NCBI RefSeq assembly: GCF_002150035.1
Contig: NZ_NETS01000010.1
Span: forward strand, 1,075,070-1,139,069
Length of the DNA: 64,000 nucleotides
Direction of reading: 5' to 3'
Source of the DNA: Leptospira venezuelensis
GTDB taxonomy: Bacteria > Spirochaetota > Leptospiria > Leptospirales > Leptospiraceae
In this document: piece by piece, positions 1-10,836 of the stretch
Layout of the letters: each line of letters opens with the position of its first letter
How positions within the stretch are numbered: the stretch's first letter is position 1
The notes under the pieces: model-generated
The model's database searches: none
What the model saw: only the letters and a program-made list of their open reading frames with translations
What the model was told of the DNA's origin: nothing
Translations under genes and position numbers: made by a program

Positions 1-340
1 CTTCTTCCATAGCCTTCTTTGCCCAGATACCAGTGACTGCAAAGTCAGCGGACTCTCCATCTTTCAGAAGATTTAAGGGTAGGGCGGAGAAGTGGAGGCT
101 AGCTCCTCCGGAAAGAAACATAATTTCGTAATTTTCAGGAACAGATAATAATTCTCGGAGCAAGGAAAGGGAAGTATCTAGGACTTCTTCAAAAAGTTTT
201 CCCCTATGGCTATCTTCCATAATGGACATACCGGACCCGCGGTAGTTCAGAAACTCGGAAGCTGCCTTCTCCATGACTGGAGTAGGTAACATCGCAGGAC
301 CTGCGCAAAAATTGTAGATTCGGCGCTCAAATTTGCTCAT
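1..340 (-). CDS. serC: Phosphoserine aminotransferase, N-terminal part. The gene continues past the window start.
   Basis: The reverse-complement translation starts [47 protein letters not shown], matching the SerC N-terminal signature (NFxAGPAxLP, EVSHRG-like). The ATG is at 338-340. It is not in the ORF track because it is truncated. Confidence 0.8.
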   Translation of the reverse strand, partial: MSKFERRIYNFCAGPAMLPTPVMEKAASEFLNYRGSGMSIMEDSHRGKLFEEVLDTSLSLLRELLSVPENYEIMFLSGGASLHFSALPLNLLKDGESADFAVTGIWAKKAMEE

Positions 341-497
341 GAGGTTAGGGTAAAAATCAGGTCTTGGGAGGCAACTTCTTACTGTTCCAACATTCTTAGA
401 GAATTGAAAAATCCTTGGCAGAGTCCTATCTAGAATCATAAGATAGCCATTCGTCTCTCCCAAGTTTGGGGGGTTCGTTTTTCAAAGGAGTTCCATA

Positions 498-2171
498 ATG
501 TCACGGATTCGACTGGCCGTATTTCTAATCTTCCTCGGAAGTTTTAGCTTTCCGATCTTCGCCCAAGAGGGGCCTAAACTTGGAGAAAAGGAAGTTCGTT
601 CTTCCGGAAAAGTGAACTTCGTCAATAGGTCTGCTGCAAGAGCTGACGAGGAGACAAAAGGAAGTAACGCAAGAACGGGTGCTGGATTATCCGAAGCATT
701 AAAGAAGGATCCAAAATCAGCAGCTTCTGCAGATGGGATCACCGCGATCCGTATTCTTCCAGATGAGAAAGAAAAAAAATTCGGAGCAGATCTAATCAGC
801 ATAGGTAAAGATGCGGATTATGGACATATCAACTCCATCCAAAGGATTCTTTCCGGATATGTGAAAGCAAACTTCGGATATTCTGAAGCAAACTCGGATA
901 CATTAGCGACATATATACTTTATTATAATGCGATCCATCGGAAGGGCGCAGATTACGTTAAACGTAAATACAATGCTGAAGTTGTGAAGAACGCACAAAA
1001 TGATAAGATTGGTATCGGCAGACGTTATACGGAATGGCCAGGAAAAACCCAGATCATTATCCCTATCGTAACTAATATTCTTTCCGATGATGGAAAAGAT
1101 CTGGATACAGACGAACTTGAGAAAGAAGTAAACAGAGACCTGGATAAAAAGAAAGAAGGTCAAGACGATAAGAAAAAAATGAACGACCTTCAAAATGAGA
1201 AGGCGGAAGAAGAAAAACGTAAACTCAAGGACAAGCAGGAAGAGAATCGCAAAAAACAAGAAGATGCTTCCAGCAAAGAAAGGAATGCAGAAAGAGAGAT
1301 CCAGGAACTGAACAAAGATCCTGTTAAGAACAAACAAAAGATCACTCAAAAACAAGAAGAACGTAAACAGGCCCAGCAAGAACAACAAAAGGCCAAAAAA
1401 GAAGAGCAACAATTAAAAGAGAAAGAGAAAGATATCGCTAAAAAAGAAGAATCTCGTAAATCGGATTCTAAATCTTCCTCATCTTCATCCGATTCCAAAA
1501 GTTCTTCTTCCGGAGACTCTAAAAAGTCCGAAGCTAAGTCCGACGACAATAAGTCCAAGGAAGAGATCAAACAAGAGCTGAAAGAAACTAAAAAAGAGTT
1601 AGAAACAGTTAAAGAAGAACAGAAGAAAAAAGAAGAATTCGACAAGAACGTTGTCGGTGGAAAAATTCTATTTCTTAAAACTTTAAAGTACACTTCTGAC
1701 GGACATTATAGCAATGAACTTCACGCGTTAGATCCGGCTAAGGATGATACGATCTTCAAAGGAGACTTTAACAAGATTTGTGGACGTACATTTGAAGTAG
1801 TGGATGGAAAAGCTCTTGTAGTAGGTTACGAGTCAGATCACTCTGCTGCTCACAAACTCATACTGATAGATCAAGAAACATTAAAACCTGCAGTTTGGTC
1901 CGGAGATTCTGTATTCTGGCGAACTCCAATGATCGTCAAAGGAGAAGAGATTTATGCCTTTGAAGAAAGAAACGGAAAATATTATTTAAGCCGTTACGAC
2001 AAAGGTTTAAAGAAAACTGCTGGAACTGAAGAAGAGATCAGCCCGAACTCGAACGTAACCTTCTTTGGTGAAAAAATTTACGTTACCGGTAAAGAAGAAG
2101 GTTCCGGAAAAACGGAAATTGCGGTATTCAGCAAGGCGGATCTGAAATTGATCAAGAAGATCAAACCATAA
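498..2171 (+). CDS. Secreted protein with a signal peptide, a long Lys/Glu-rich coiled-coil and Ser-rich low-complexity linker, and a C-terminal globular domain. Function unknown.
   Basis: 557-aa ORF. The N-terminus is MSRIRLAVFLIFLGSFSFPIFAQ (signal peptide). There is a ~190-aa KE-rich region plus an SSSSSSDSKSSSS run. A terminator follows. Confidence 0.6.
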   Translation: MSRIRLAVFLIFLGSFSFPIFAQEGPKLGEKEVRSSGKVNFVNRSAARADEETKGSNARTGAGLSEALKKDPKSAASADGITAIRILPDEKEKKFGADLISIGKDADYGHINSIQRILSGYVKANFGYSEANSDTLATYILYYNAIHRKGADYVKRKYNAEVVKNAQNDKIGIGRRYTEWPGKTQIIIPIVTNILSDDGKDLDTDELEKEVNRDLDKKKEGQDDKKKMNDLQNEKAEEEKRKLKDKQEENRKKQEDASSKERNAEREIQELNKDPVKNKQKITQKQEERKQAQQEQQKAKKEEQQLKEKEKDIAKKEESRKSDSKSSSSSSDSKSSSSGDSKKSEAKSDDNKSKEEIKQELKETKKELETVKEEQKKKEEFDKNVVGGKILFLKTLKYTSDGHYSNELHALDPAKDDTIFKGDFNKICGRTFEVVDGKALVVGYESDHSAAHKLILIDQETLKPAVWSGDSVFWRTPMIVKGEEIYAFEERNGKYYLSRYDKGLKKTAGTEEEISPNSNVTFFGEKIYVTGKEEGSGKTEIAVFSKADLKLIKKIKP

Positions 2172-2194
2172 GATTAGCTGATTGTTAAGATGAG

Positions 2195-2224
2195 AAGGCG
2201 GGCTTTCACCCGCCTTTTTTATTT
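2195..2224 (+). terminator. Rho-independent terminator
   Basis: aaGGCGGGctttcaCCCGCCtttttt follows directly after the stop at 2171. Confidence 0.6.
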
Positions 2225-2243
2225 CTGTAAAAGTTCCGTGTAC

Positions 2244-2696
2244 TTAGTTTCTTTTTAAAAGCCAAGCTCCCAAGAATACAGAAACAATTTCAGTTGCCAT
2301 GCTCAAGTAGATATATTCATTTCCTGGCCCGTCCAAGAATAGAGTATATAGTCTTGCTACGAACAATCCTGCTGCACTAGCTACTGAAAGAAGAATCGCC
2401 TGAATTTTGAACTCTGGCTTTACTAAACCATAATATACAATAAGCCCAACACCGAAACACAATCCTGAATACATTGCCCTGAAATCAGCAAGAGCTGCGC
2501 TAGAATGGATTGTATAACCGATTGTATTCGCTAGCGGAATCGGAAAGAAAAGGAAGGCTACGGTAAATCCGGCATATACAACTAAGTTTAGTGCCAGAAA
2601 AATTTTAGTGATCCAACCTATAAGTGAACCAGTTTGATCTGAAAGTGAATGAGTTTGCATCGTTGTCCTCTCGTTTGGGATGAGAAGAGGATACAC
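2244..2696 (-). CDS. Small integral membrane protein, hypothetical
   Basis: 150-aa ORF with four predicted hydrophobic helices. It is last in the minus-strand flagellar-rod gene string. Confidence 0.5.
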   Translation of the reverse strand: MYPLLIPNERTTMQTHSLSDQTGSLIGWITKIFLALNLVVYAGFTVAFLFFPIPLANTIGYTIHSSAALADFRAMYSGLCFGVGLIVYYGLVKPEFKIQAILLSVASAAGLFVARLYTLFLDGPGNEYIYLSMATEIVSVFLGAWLLKRN

Positions 2697-2722
2697 TGTT
2701 TCTGAAGGTCGGTCGTCCGGCG

Positions 2723-3802
2723 TTATAAAGGCTTACACATTTTTCTGTAAGAAATCGGGGTTTTTTGAGTAAGTTTCAAAAAAGCCTCATTAAAGGAAGA
2801 GCGGTTATTAAATCCAACGGTCATTGCGATTTCCAAAACAGTTTTGTCGGTCTCAGTTAAAAGTTGTTTTGCATCTTCTATCCGATGATGATTGATCAGA
2901 GAAAAATATCCTTTTCCGATCTTATTATTGATCAGTTCTGAAAATTGGTGAGTGGTCAGAGACAATTCTTTTGCAAGTTCTGCCAAGGATAGATCTTCTC
3001 TTCTATGTATTTTTTCGAATTCGAATAGAAGGTTTAGTTTTTCTAATATAAGGTCGATTTCGAGACCTTCTAATCTGGTCCTTGAATATTTTGACGTTGC
3101 CAGATCAGACCGAACAACTTCGGGAAAATCGAAATATTTCCTGCGGATATAATATACTAGTGAGACTGCAAGTGTTACAGTCAGAAGCGCCAGTTTCAGA
3201 AAGACAGGATTGAATATTAGTCCTATCATTCCAAAAATAGAAACGATCAAACAATCTAATGCAAAGATTCCGAATAAGATCTTAAATTTTAGTTCAGAGA
3301 TCTGAGGAAGTATCTTGAAGATCGGAAAAACAAAACTGAAAGAAAAAATCCCCGCTCCTAAATAAAGTATCCCTGCTCCAGAAATTGGATCTTGGATACT
3401 CCAATGGATCTCGGAAAAGGGGGAAGATCCGGTATATTCTCCCAATCTAAAAAATAAAATAACTCCCAAACAAAGTAAGAATGGAAGGAAGAAAAGTGTA
3501 TGTACCGGCTTATATTTGAAGTCTTCTTCCAAAAAAGCTAGAAGGGATAAAAAAGCAAAAGTGGGGGGAAGATATAAAAGAGGAAGGTTCCAAAGTTTTA
3601 GGTTTAGATCCTGGCCTGCATTCGGGTTCAGTACAAGAGAACCTGAAAGTTGCATAAATCCTAAGGAGACCAGAGTAAGAGAAAGGTAAACTTGGAATCT
3701 ATGTTTTCTATCGGAAGGAAATTCTCCGATTGCGAGCAAAAAAGAAAGAAATCCTCCGAAGAGGATCATCCCGTCAGAAAACCATCCGAGCAACTCAGGC
3801 AT
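2723..3802 (-). CDS. Membrane-anchored AraC-family transcriptional regulator (multi-TM N-terminus, C-terminal AraC HTH)
   Basis: The C-terminal ~100 aa (LSLAELAKELSLTTHQFSELINNKIGKGYFSLINHHRIEDAKQLL...GFNNRSSFNEAFLKLTQKTPISYRK) is a classic AraC HTH pair. The N-terminal 230 aa are hydrophobic helices. Confidence 0.7.
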   Translation of the reverse strand: MPELLGWFSDGMILFGGFLSFLLAIGEFPSDRKHRFQVYLSLTLVSLGFMQLSGSLVLNPNAGQDLNLKLWNLPLLYLPPTFAFLSLLAFLEEDFKYKPVHTLFFLPFLLCLGVILFFRLGEYTGSSPFSEIHWSIQDPISGAGILYLGAGIFSFSFVFPIFKILPQISELKFKILFGIFALDCLIVSIFGMIGLIFNPVFLKLALLTVTLAVSLVYYIRRKYFDFPEVVRSDLATSKYSRTRLEGLEIDLILEKLNLLFEFEKIHRREDLSLAELAKELSLTTHQFSELINNKIGKGYFSLINHHRIEDAKQLLTETDKTVLEIAMTVGFNNRSSFNEAFLKLTQKTPISYRKMCKPL

Positions 3803-3857
3803 GGTCTTATTGTATTTTAGGAATAGATTAGTCGAATCGAAATTCTAATTCGAAAAA

Positions 3858-4238
3858 TTATCTCATGGAAGTAAGATCTCTATAAGCTCTTACAACCCCA
3901 TCAGCTAATGTTTTAGTGAATGTGAGCGCTACTCTTGCTTTTTCAGAAGCAACCATTACTTCGTGAGCATCCACACTATTCGGATCATATACCATTTTTT
4001 GAGTGAGTTCGTCTGCTTCTACCTGTAGATCGTTTACAGATTTGAATGCGTTTCTCATTGCTTCTGAAAAACTTTCAGCAACATAGTCAGGAGCCACAGG
4101 TTCTTTCACATCTCCGTAATGACGTTGGTCATCTATCTTTACGGAAACCTTGTCTCCTTTTGGAGAAAGTGGAAAGCGAGAATCGGAATATCCGGAGTTA
4201 TAGTTGTACCAAAGTTTGGAATTAAAATCTACGTTCAT
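3858..4238 (-). CDS. fliE: Flagellar hook-basal body complex protein FliE
   Basis: The C-terminal region SFSEAMRNAFKSVNDLQVEADELTQKMVYDPNSVDAHEVMVASEKARVALTFTKTLADGVVRAYRDLTSM matches FliE family conservation. It sits in flgB-flgC-fliE order. Confidence 0.8.
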   Translation of the reverse strand: MNVDFNSKLWYNYNSGYSDSRFPLSPKGDKVSVKIDDQRHYGDVKEPVAPDYVAESFSEAMRNAFKSVNDLQVEADELTQKMVYDPNSVDAHEVMVASEKARVALTFTKTLADGVVRAYRDLTSMR

Positions 4239-4250
4239 TCTTCTCTCCTA

Positions 4251-4712
4251 TTAAGCTCTTCCGATCTCTAAGGCTTTATTGAACATAGCCTTGGATCCGT
4301 TGATCATCTGGACGTTTGCCTCGTAGGATCTGGAAGCAGAGATCATGTCCGTCATTTCGGTGACTATATTTACGTTCGGCATTTCCACATAGCCTTTTTT
4401 AGGTCCGATCTGGATCGCGTCAGGATGGGTCGGATCATAAGTTAATCGTAAAGGACTCATATCCTTCTCGATTTTCATTACTTTCACACCTTTACCTTCT
4501 CCAGGAGAAAGACCAAAAGGATAAACTGGACTTTTCCATTTAGTTCTAAGATTTACAGGAGTAAGGATCACTCTGTCCCTGCGGAAAGGGCCGTCTCCAT
4601 TAGTATTCCTTGTAGTGGTTGCGTTCGCGATATTGTTTCCGATCACATCCATACGAAGTCTTTGTGCGGAAAGTCCAGTGGCGGAGATATTAACTGCGCT
4701 AAATAGTCCCAT
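4251..4712 (-). CDS. flgC: Flagellar basal-body rod protein FlgC
   Basis: The N-terminus MGLFSAVNISATGLSAQRLRMDVIGNNIANATTT and the C-terminus SYEANVQMINGSKAMFNKALEIGR are rod-protein signatures. Confidence 0.9.
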   Translation of the reverse strand: MGLFSAVNISATGLSAQRLRMDVIGNNIANATTTRNTNGDGPFRRDRVILTPVNLRTKWKSPVYPFGLSPGEGKGVKVMKIEKDMSPLRLTYDPTHPDAIQIGPKKGYVEMPNVNIVTEMTDMISASRSYEANVQMINGSKAMFNKALEIGRA

Positions 4713-4749
4713 CTTCTTCCTCTAAATCTTAGCTATGTCTCTATTGAGA

Positions 4750-5181
4750 TTAAGCCAACCTCATTACGTTTTTCAAATCACGGAAGTTTGCATTCATTCT
4801 TTCGACCATCATCATGTATTGCATTTGAGAATTGGAAGCTTCCATTACCTCTTTCTCGGGATCTACGTTATTTCCGTCGGCTCTAACGGTGGTCAGATAA
4901 TCTATGTTTGCCTTAGGCTTTACGGATTTATAATCTAATGGAGTAAAAAAGGAGATATGACGTTCGTCTTCGATCCTGGTCGGGATGGCTTTAGAAGCTT
5001 CTATCTTTTCTGACTCCAATGCTCTTTTGATCATGGATTCGAAAAGTACTTCACTTCTTTTAAAATGGGGAACATCCGCATTTGCGATATTGTCTGCGAG
5101 GACTTTTCTTTTCATAGAGGCGGCGTTCATTCCCTTCTCTAGTAAGTCCTGAGTCTTCATGAAATGTGTTTTTTGGAACAT
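4750..5181 (-). CDS. flgB: Flagellar basal-body rod protein FlgB. The start is chosen at the internal ATG (MFQKTH); the track ORF extends to 5322.
   Basis: KRKVLADNIANADVPHFKRSEV...DGNNVDPEKEVMEASNSQMQYMMMVERMNANFRDLKNVMR. A GGGAGAG Shine-Dalgarno sequence sits 7 nt upstream of ATG 5181. The upstream 47 aa of the track ORF are low-complexity. Confidence 0.85.
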   Translation of the reverse strand: MFQKTHFMKTQDLLEKGMNAASMKRKVLADNIANADVPHFKRSEVLFESMIKRALESEKIEASKAIPTRIEDERHISFFTPLDYKSVKPKANIDYLTTVRADGNNVDPEKEVMEASNSQMQYMMMVERMNANFRDLKNVMRLA

Positions 5182-5290
5182 AAAGCTCTCCCATATAAAA
5201 TTTCGGTTGAATTTCAAAATTCCCAAAGATAAAAAAAGAAATCTGGCCGAAAATTTCTCAGAAAAGGCTAGAAAAGGACTCGAATCGAAA

Positions 5291-5581
5291 ATGGGTGAAA
5301 ATTCGGAGATTATCGAGATCAAGCCGGAGCTGACTGCCCTTTTTAACGACTATTACGCATTTCGAAACCAGTTGATGGATGCAATTGCCAAAAAACCGGT
5401 TAAAATCGTCCTAGATCTAAGCAAAATTCCAGTAATGAATTCAATTTCTATCAGCTCCCTGGTTTGGTTTTGTAAAAATGCTAAGTTAGAAGGTATCAAA
5501 ATCGATATAAGAGAGATACATCCCGATTTGATGAAAACTTTCGAAGTTCTCAAGATCGACGAATACTTTCAACGAATCTAA
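5291..5581 (+). CDS. STAS-domain protein (anti-sigma-factor antagonist-like). The start is chosen at MGENSE.
   Basis: ALFNDYYAFRNQLMDAIAKKPVKIVLDLSKIPVMNSISISSLVWFCKNAKLEGIKIDIREIHPDLMKTFEVLKIDEYF is a SpoIIAA/STAS-like fold pattern. It is divergent from flgB. Confidence 0.6.
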   Translation: MGENSEIIEIKPELTALFNDYYAFRNQLMDAIAKKPVKIVLDLSKIPVMNSISISSLVWFCKNAKLEGIKIDIREIHPDLMKTFEVLKIDEYFQRI

Positions 5582-5669
5582 AGTTCACAAGTTAAGCTCT
5601 CTCAACCCTCACGCTTTCAGGTTCAAAGGCGTCGGGAATTCCCTGGACATCCTTACTATTCGGTATAGC

Positions 5670-6083
5670 TTGGTTTCCATGAAAAAAAATCTTTTTTCCT
5701 TAGCGGTCTTATCCTTACTCATAGGCTGTCAACCCCCTCTGCAGGAAAGAATCTTAGGTATATGGGAAAGAACTTCCGTTTGTACCGCAGATGGTCAGTG
5801 TAAAAATTCTGAGCCAGGCAAGGCTCCTAAACTTTCTATTTTCAGACCTGGACTTGCGATCTATGAAAATCCCGAAGATCCAGAAAACCAACGCAGAATT
5901 GAATATGAGTTTTATGAAAAAGAAACCAAATCCAGAGAGCCTGAACTTATATTTAGATTTTTGAACCTTGGCTTTGATATTCGTTATATCGTGAAAAAAG
6001 CGAATAAAGAAACTCTCGAATTATCTAATCCCGATCTGAACAATACCGAAATTTATAAAAAATTAGGTCCTGCTCCAGAATGA
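5670..6083 (+). CDS. Lipoprotein, hypothetical
   Basis: Signal plus lipobox LSLLIGC. Its stop overlaps the next ORF start (ATGA). Confidence 0.5.
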   Translation: MVSMKKNLFSLAVLSLLIGCQPPLQERILGIWERTSVCTADGQCKNSEPGKAPKLSIFRPGLAIYENPEDPENQRRIEYEFYEKETKSREPELIFRFLNLGFDIRYIVKKANKETLELSNPDLNNTEIYKKLGPAPE

Positions 6084-7180
6084 TTATTAGTCGGAAGAAA
6101 CTTTCTGCATTACTCCTAGGCTTTATACTTCTGTTAGGAGCCGGCCTAGGATCTAAGGAAACCGAAACTTCCGACGAAAACCAATCCATACTTGCCCCTT
6201 CTCCGGAAGGGGAATTACCTCTTCCCCCTCAACCAACCGACCAAAGCGAAGTTTCTAGAAGAAAATATCAGATCTTGGCTTTGAATACTGAGACAATTAA
6301 TCTATTAAGATCCAATGCAATAGCGCGTGCCCAAGCAAATATAGAACGTTTGAAAAAATTGGATCCTGATTGTTTGGAATATCATTATCTGAATGGTGCG
6401 TATTTGTATGTGATTGGAAGATATCCCCAATCCAAAAAAGCACTTTTAAAAGCTGTGGAGATTAATCCAAGTCACGATCCATCCTATTATCTTCTTGGAA
6501 TGATATTCGTAAGAAGAAGTAAATGGGAATCTTCAGTTCAATACTTCCAAAAAGCAGTGGAACTTGCGAATTATAATCCTTTTTACAGATTGAATATGGC
6601 TCTGGCTTATTTTGAAACAGGGCAATATTTAAAAGCAAAAGCTGAAGCGGAGAAGGGAATAGAACTAAAACCTAATTATAGAAATCTAAAGCTGATATTA
6701 CTAAAAGTGAATTTTCTTTTAGGAAATAAAGCGGATGCTTTGGCTCAGTGTAAGGAATTTGCAAAAGAAGGTTTTGTTCATAGGGAATTCGCATATATCT
6801 ACGCAAGACTCGCGATGGATATAGATAAAAATTTTCGTAAGGCGATCAAACTTTATAATCAGTTCCCGGATCTTCCTTTTAACGAAAAAAGATTTTTGGC
6901 CCACGCTTACTTTCATACTTCGAATTACAGGGCTTCTGCAAATATTTATTCAATCATTTCAGGTTCTAAAATACTTACGGAAGAAGATAGAATTAACTAT
7001 CTCAGATCTTTAGTATATATTAAGGATTACAGAAGATTAGAAACTTTTGTAGCTTCTTGGATGTTAGAAGAACCAGAAAAAAAACTAAAGATCCAAGAAG
7101 CTTTGGATACTGCGGAACTTCTTAGAGAGAACGATCCGAAAGTGTATCATATGCTTCCTTCTCGTTCTCCGTATAACTGA
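6080..7180 (+). CDS. TPR-repeat protein with an N-terminal signal/anchor
   Basis: Multiple 34-aa TPR-like repeats (..YYLLGMIFVRRSKWESSVQYFQKAVELANYNPFYRLNMALAYFETGQYLKAKAEAEKGIELKPNY..). It is translationally coupled to the upstream lipoprotein. Confidence 0.6.
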   Translation: MIISRKKLSALLLGFILLLGAGLGSKETETSDENQSILAPSPEGELPLPPQPTDQSEVSRRKYQILALNTETINLLRSNAIARAQANIERLKKLDPDCLEYHYLNGAYLYVIGRYPQSKKALLKAVEINPSHDPSYYLLGMIFVRRSKWESSVQYFQKAVELANYNPFYRLNMALAYFETGQYLKAKAEAEKGIELKPNYRNLKLILLKVNFLLGNKADALAQCKEFAKEGFVHREFAYIYARLAMDIDKNFRKAIKLYNQFPDLPFNEKRFLAHAYFHTSNYRASANIYSIISGSKILTEEDRINYLRSLVYIKDYRRLETFVASWMLEEPEKKLKIQEALDTAELLRENDPKVYHMLPSRSPYN

Positions 7181-7606
7181 TCATTCAGCCATTTCTTCCT
7201 TTTTTGTAGGGAAGCGAAGAATATAAAAGATTACGCATGCACCTATTACTGCCATTCCGATGCGAACCGGTAATAGAGGAGCGAATACCGCACTCACTGT
7301 CATGGTAAGCACTATCGTAGAAACAGAGATAATCTTTGCTTTAAGTGGGATCGCTTTGTGGATTCTCCAATCTCTAATAAAACTTCCGAAATATTTATTA
7401 TTCATCAGCCAGTTATAGAACTTCTGAGAAGCCCTCGCATAACAAGCCGCGGTTAGAAGTAAGAATGGAGTAGTAGGAAGGACCGGGGTGAAGATCCCGA
7501 TAATCCCCAAAATCAAAGATATGGTTCCTATTATGATCAATAAATAACGAACGAATCCATATCTATGAAGTTTTACTTCGTGGCTATAATCCTTTTGTTC
7601 TGCCAA
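7181..7606 (-). CDS. ybaN: DUF454/YbaN-family inner membrane protein
   Basis: The N-terminal HRYGFVRYLLIIIGTISLILGIIGIFTPVLPTTPFLLLTAACYARAS is characteristic of YbaN/DUF454. Confidence 0.7.
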   Translation of the reverse strand: MAEQKDYSHEVKLHRYGFVRYLLIIIGTISLILGIIGIFTPVLPTTPFLLLTAACYARASQKFYNWLMNNKYFGSFIRDWRIHKAIPLKAKIISVSTIVLTMTVSAVFAPLLPVRIGMAVIGACVIFYILRFPTKKEEMAE

Positions 7607-7654
7607 TGGAATTCCTCTTGCTGAAGGTGTTTCGTTTTCAATTTGTGTTGAAAA

Positions 7655-7683
7655 TAAAAAGGGAGGCTATCGCCTCCCTTTTG
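7655..7683. terminator. Bidirectional hairpin terminator between ybaN and pntB
   Basis: aaaaaGGGAGGCtatCGCCTCCCtttt. T-runs are present on both strands. Confidence 0.6.
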
Positions 7684-7719
7684 CAAGAATCATTTCCTGA
7701 ATTTCTCGGAAAATTCTTA

Positions 7720-9129
<1,410 letters not shown>

Positions 9130-9136
9130 TTATGTA

Positions 9137-9418
9137 TTAATCCTTTTTCTTGAACATTCCCAACATACGGTGAGTTACTACGAACCCTCCAATTACGTTG
9201 ACGGTTGCTGCAACGATCGCGATAAATCCTAATACTTGAATAATCCAATGATTTGTAGTATGAAGAGTTAAGATCGCTCCGATGACTGTAATCCCCGAAA
9301 TGGCGTTAGAGCCTGACATAAGAGGGGTATGTAATAAAGGAGGAATACGGTTGATGACCTCGATTCCTACGAACACTGCGATTAAAAATATCGTCAGGTA
9401 GCTTACGAACTGTTCCAT
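9137..9418 (-). CDS. pntAB: NAD(P) transhydrogenase subunit alpha part 2 (small membrane subunit)
   Basis: 93-aa, three-TM protein lying immediately upstream of pntB. Confidence 0.85.
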   Translation of the reverse strand: MEQFVSYLTIFLIAVFVGIEVINRIPPLLHTPLMSGSNAISGITVIGAILTLHTTNHWIIQVLGFIAIVAATVNVIGGFVVTHRMLGMFKKKD

Positions 9419-9482
9419 ATTAGCTTCCTATGGACGGCGGCAGGGATAAATCCTCAAAACCGATGCCTTAAAATCTGTTCGT

Positions 9483-10190
9483 TCACTTTTCCGGGACGCC
9501 TGCTTCCTGAAAACCCTTTTTTCGAAGCAAGCAGGAGTCGCATTTTCCACAGGGTTTGCCTCCGACGGGATCATAGCAAGAATGAGTCATAGAGAACGGG
9601 ACACCTAGTTTAGAACCCAATAACACGATCTCTTTTTTATCTAAGAACTGCAAAGGTGTGCAGATCTCAAGAGGATGACCTTCCGATCCTGTTTTGGTCC
9701 CAATGTGGATCGCGTCTGAATATGCTTTTATAAATTCAGGTCTACAATCCGGATAACCTGAATAATCCAAAGCATTCACACCAATATAGAGTCTTTGGGC
9801 TCCGATACCTTCTGCCAAAGAAACTCCGAAAGATAAAAACAAAATATTCCTACCAGGAACATAAGTGTTTGGGATCTCAGAATGACCTAAAGAATTTTTA
9901 GGCACCTTGATCTTCTTTTCGGTAAGAGAAGAACCTTGGAAAAATTCAGGATTCAATTTTTGGATTAGATGAGGAACTTCTAAAAGTTTTGTGATCTTTT
10001 TGGCAGATTTGAGTTCTTGTTTGTGTTTTTGATTATAATCGAATGAAAGAGCAATGGGAGAATAACCGTCTTGAATGGCTTGGTACAAACAAGTGGTTGA
10101 ATCCAATCCACCTGAGAAAAGAACTACTGCTTTTGGATTTTTTGAATGAGATTTCGTTCGAACACCGTTCGACTTAGAAGAAGGACTCAT
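9483..10190 (-). CDS. queC: 7-cyano-7-deazaguanine synthase
   Basis: VLFSGGLDSTT PP-loop and a C-terminal Cys cluster (CGKCDSCLLRKKGF). Confidence 0.85.
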   Translation of the reverse strand: MSPSSKSNGVRTKSHSKNPKAVVLFSGGLDSTTCLYQAIQDGYSPIALSFDYNQKHKQELKSAKKITKLLEVPHLIQKLNPEFFQGSSLTEKKIKVPKNSLGHSEIPNTYVPGRNILFLSFGVSLAEGIGAQRLYIGVNALDYSGYPDCRPEFIKAYSDAIHIGTKTGSEGHPLEICTPLQFLDKKEIVLLGSKLGVPFSMTHSCYDPVGGKPCGKCDSCLLRKKGFQEAGVPEK

Positions 10191-10193
10191 TTT

Positions 10194-10571
10194 TTATTTC
10201 TCAGAAGGTCCGTTATAAACGCATGCGCTAGTGCAGGTTTCGTTTAAAGTGATCTTGTATAAAAGAGAAAGTTGAGGTTTTAGTTTTTTCCACAACCAGA
10301 TGCTGATATTCTCACTGGTTGGATTTTCCAGACCTTCTATTTCGTTCAAAAGATAATGATCTAGATAGTTTTCGAGTAAAGGTTTCACAACCTTACTTAC
10401 TTCGGCGAAGTCCATCAACCAACCTGTTTTTTCGTCCACCTTACCTTTCAGATGTAATTTGAAACGAAAGCTATGCCCATGCATCCTTCTGCACTTATGA
10501 CCTTCCGGAACATTCGGTAAGAAGTGAGCGGCATCGAAACGAAATTCTTTGGTAAGTTCTATTTCTTCCAT
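10194..10571 (-). CDS. queD: 6-carboxy-5,6,7,8-tetrahydropterin synthase
   Basis: PTPS-family motifs CRRMHGHSF and HKC. It is adjacent to queC. Confidence 0.85.
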   Translation of the reverse strand: MEEIELTKEFRFDAAHFLPNVPEGHKCRRMHGHSFRFKLHLKGKVDEKTGWLMDFAEVSKVVKPLLENYLDHYLLNEIEGLENPTSENISIWLWKKLKPQLSLLYKITLNETCTSACVYNGPSEK

Positions 10572-10686
10572 TTAGATGTTGGACGAATGGTTGATTCTGA
10601 AAAATGAAAGCCCGGTTTCGGAGTACCGATCCGGAAATACACGGACCGACTTTATTAAGTCGGTCTTAAGAAAGATCAGTAGCGGA

Positions 10687-10836
10687 TTACTTTTTAACCA
10701 GTTCTTTCAGGATTTCCTGTTTTTTCTGGTCCTTCTGAAATTCGTTTAATACCAGCCACTCACGTTTGATTTGTTTCTCGTTAATACCTTTTGCTTCCGC
10801 GTATTTTTTGAGAAGTTTAGCTGTTTTTTGGTTCAT
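10687..10836 (-). CDS. Candidate small protein (49 aa, highly charged, helical). It is below the ORF-track length cutoff.
   Basis: Reverse-complement ORF MNQKTAKLLKKYAEAKGINEKQIKREWLVLNEFQKDQKKQEILKELVKK. A TTGACA-like hexamer lies upstream. A perfect GACCGAC-N8-GTCGGTC hairpin lies just past its stop (10652-10673). Confidence 0.3.
   Translation of the reverse strand: MNQKTAKLLKKYAEAKGINEKQIKREWLVLNEFQKDQKKQEILKELVKK

Noticed and set aside
903-1693. Minus-strand ORFs of 169 aa and 115 aa inside the KE-rich gene
   Set aside because: These are low-complexity Phe/Leu-rich mirror translations of the Lys/Glu coiled-coil region. They have no start context.
10572-10690. preQ1 riboswitch upstream of queD
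   Set aside because: The 5' leader lacks the preQ1-I hairpin plus A-rich tail consensus and the preQ1-II features. Only a small-ORF terminator hairpin is present.
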